DNA from: the human T2T-CHM13v2.0 reference genome, Homo sapiens
NCBI RefSeq assembly: GCF_009914755.1
Contig: NC_060931.1
Length of the DNA: 64,000 nt
Direction: 5' to 3' (one strand)
Shown here: piece after piece, positions 63,670 through 64,000 of the stretch
Layout: every line of letters begins with the position of its first letter
Position numbering within the stretch: the stretch's first letter is position 1
Made by a program: the position numbers and the translations under genes
Notes under the pieces: generated by a model
The model's input: the letters and a program-made list of their open reading frames with translations, nothing else
Database searches by the model: none
What the model was told of the DNA's origin: nothing

Positions 63670-64000
63670 GTGGCCTGCCTTCTGCCATTTACTCCAGAAT
63701 AGCCTACAAAGCCCTGTGATCTCCTAGCCATTTCCTTTCCAACCTCATGCCTCCCACCACTCGTACCCCTTTTGCCTTGTGCTGTCGTCCAGCCACACAG
63801 GATTTCCTGCAGATGCTCCACAGCAGTACGGCCTCTATACTTCTCTTCCCTCTGCCTGGAATGCTTCCTGCTTACTCCAACCCCTCCAGGACACTGAGCT
63901 GTGACTGGCTCTTTTTTAACATTGTCCTCTCCTCCCTCAGGTTGCCTTCTTAGAGAGGCCTTCTCTGACTCCCCTAAAGATAACATGCCCATGCACACAC
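63670..64000 (+). mobile_element. L2 fragment
   Basis: tctgcctggaatgcttc...agagaggccttctctgac. Confidence 0.65.

Overview
This is primate (human-like) genomic DNA, recognisable as the 7p13 locus. It holds two tandem + strand genes. The first is the 3' end of HECW1/NEDL1: the last three HECT-domain exons (263-377, 2635-2833, 9861-9972) and a ~4 kb 3'UTR with several poly(A) signals. The second is the 5' half of STK17A/DRAK1: a CpG-island promoter and coding exons 1-3 (31282-31487, 43951-44163, 56311-56455). Much of the rest is interspersed repeat: about 30 Alus, L1, L2, L3/CR1, MIR, MaLR LTRs, Tigger1/3/4, MER20, MER58 and a Ricksha MULE. Nearly all ORFs in the supplied track are spurious or repeat-derived. 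The most notable structure is a perfect zero-spacer p53 response element on an ERV1 (MER61-like) solo LTR, nested in a Tigger1 that is itself nested in an old L1, 5.6 kb upstream of the STK17A ATG. Other notable features are a phase-compatible HECW1-to-STK17A read-through junction, a minus-strand terminal exon with a poly(A) signal in STK17A intron 3, and an E-box-duplicating tandem repeat in the STK17A promoter. I found no convincing wholly novel biological system; the findings are testable hypotheses. Repeat subfamily names come from recognising consensus sequences from memory, and repeat boundaries are approximate.
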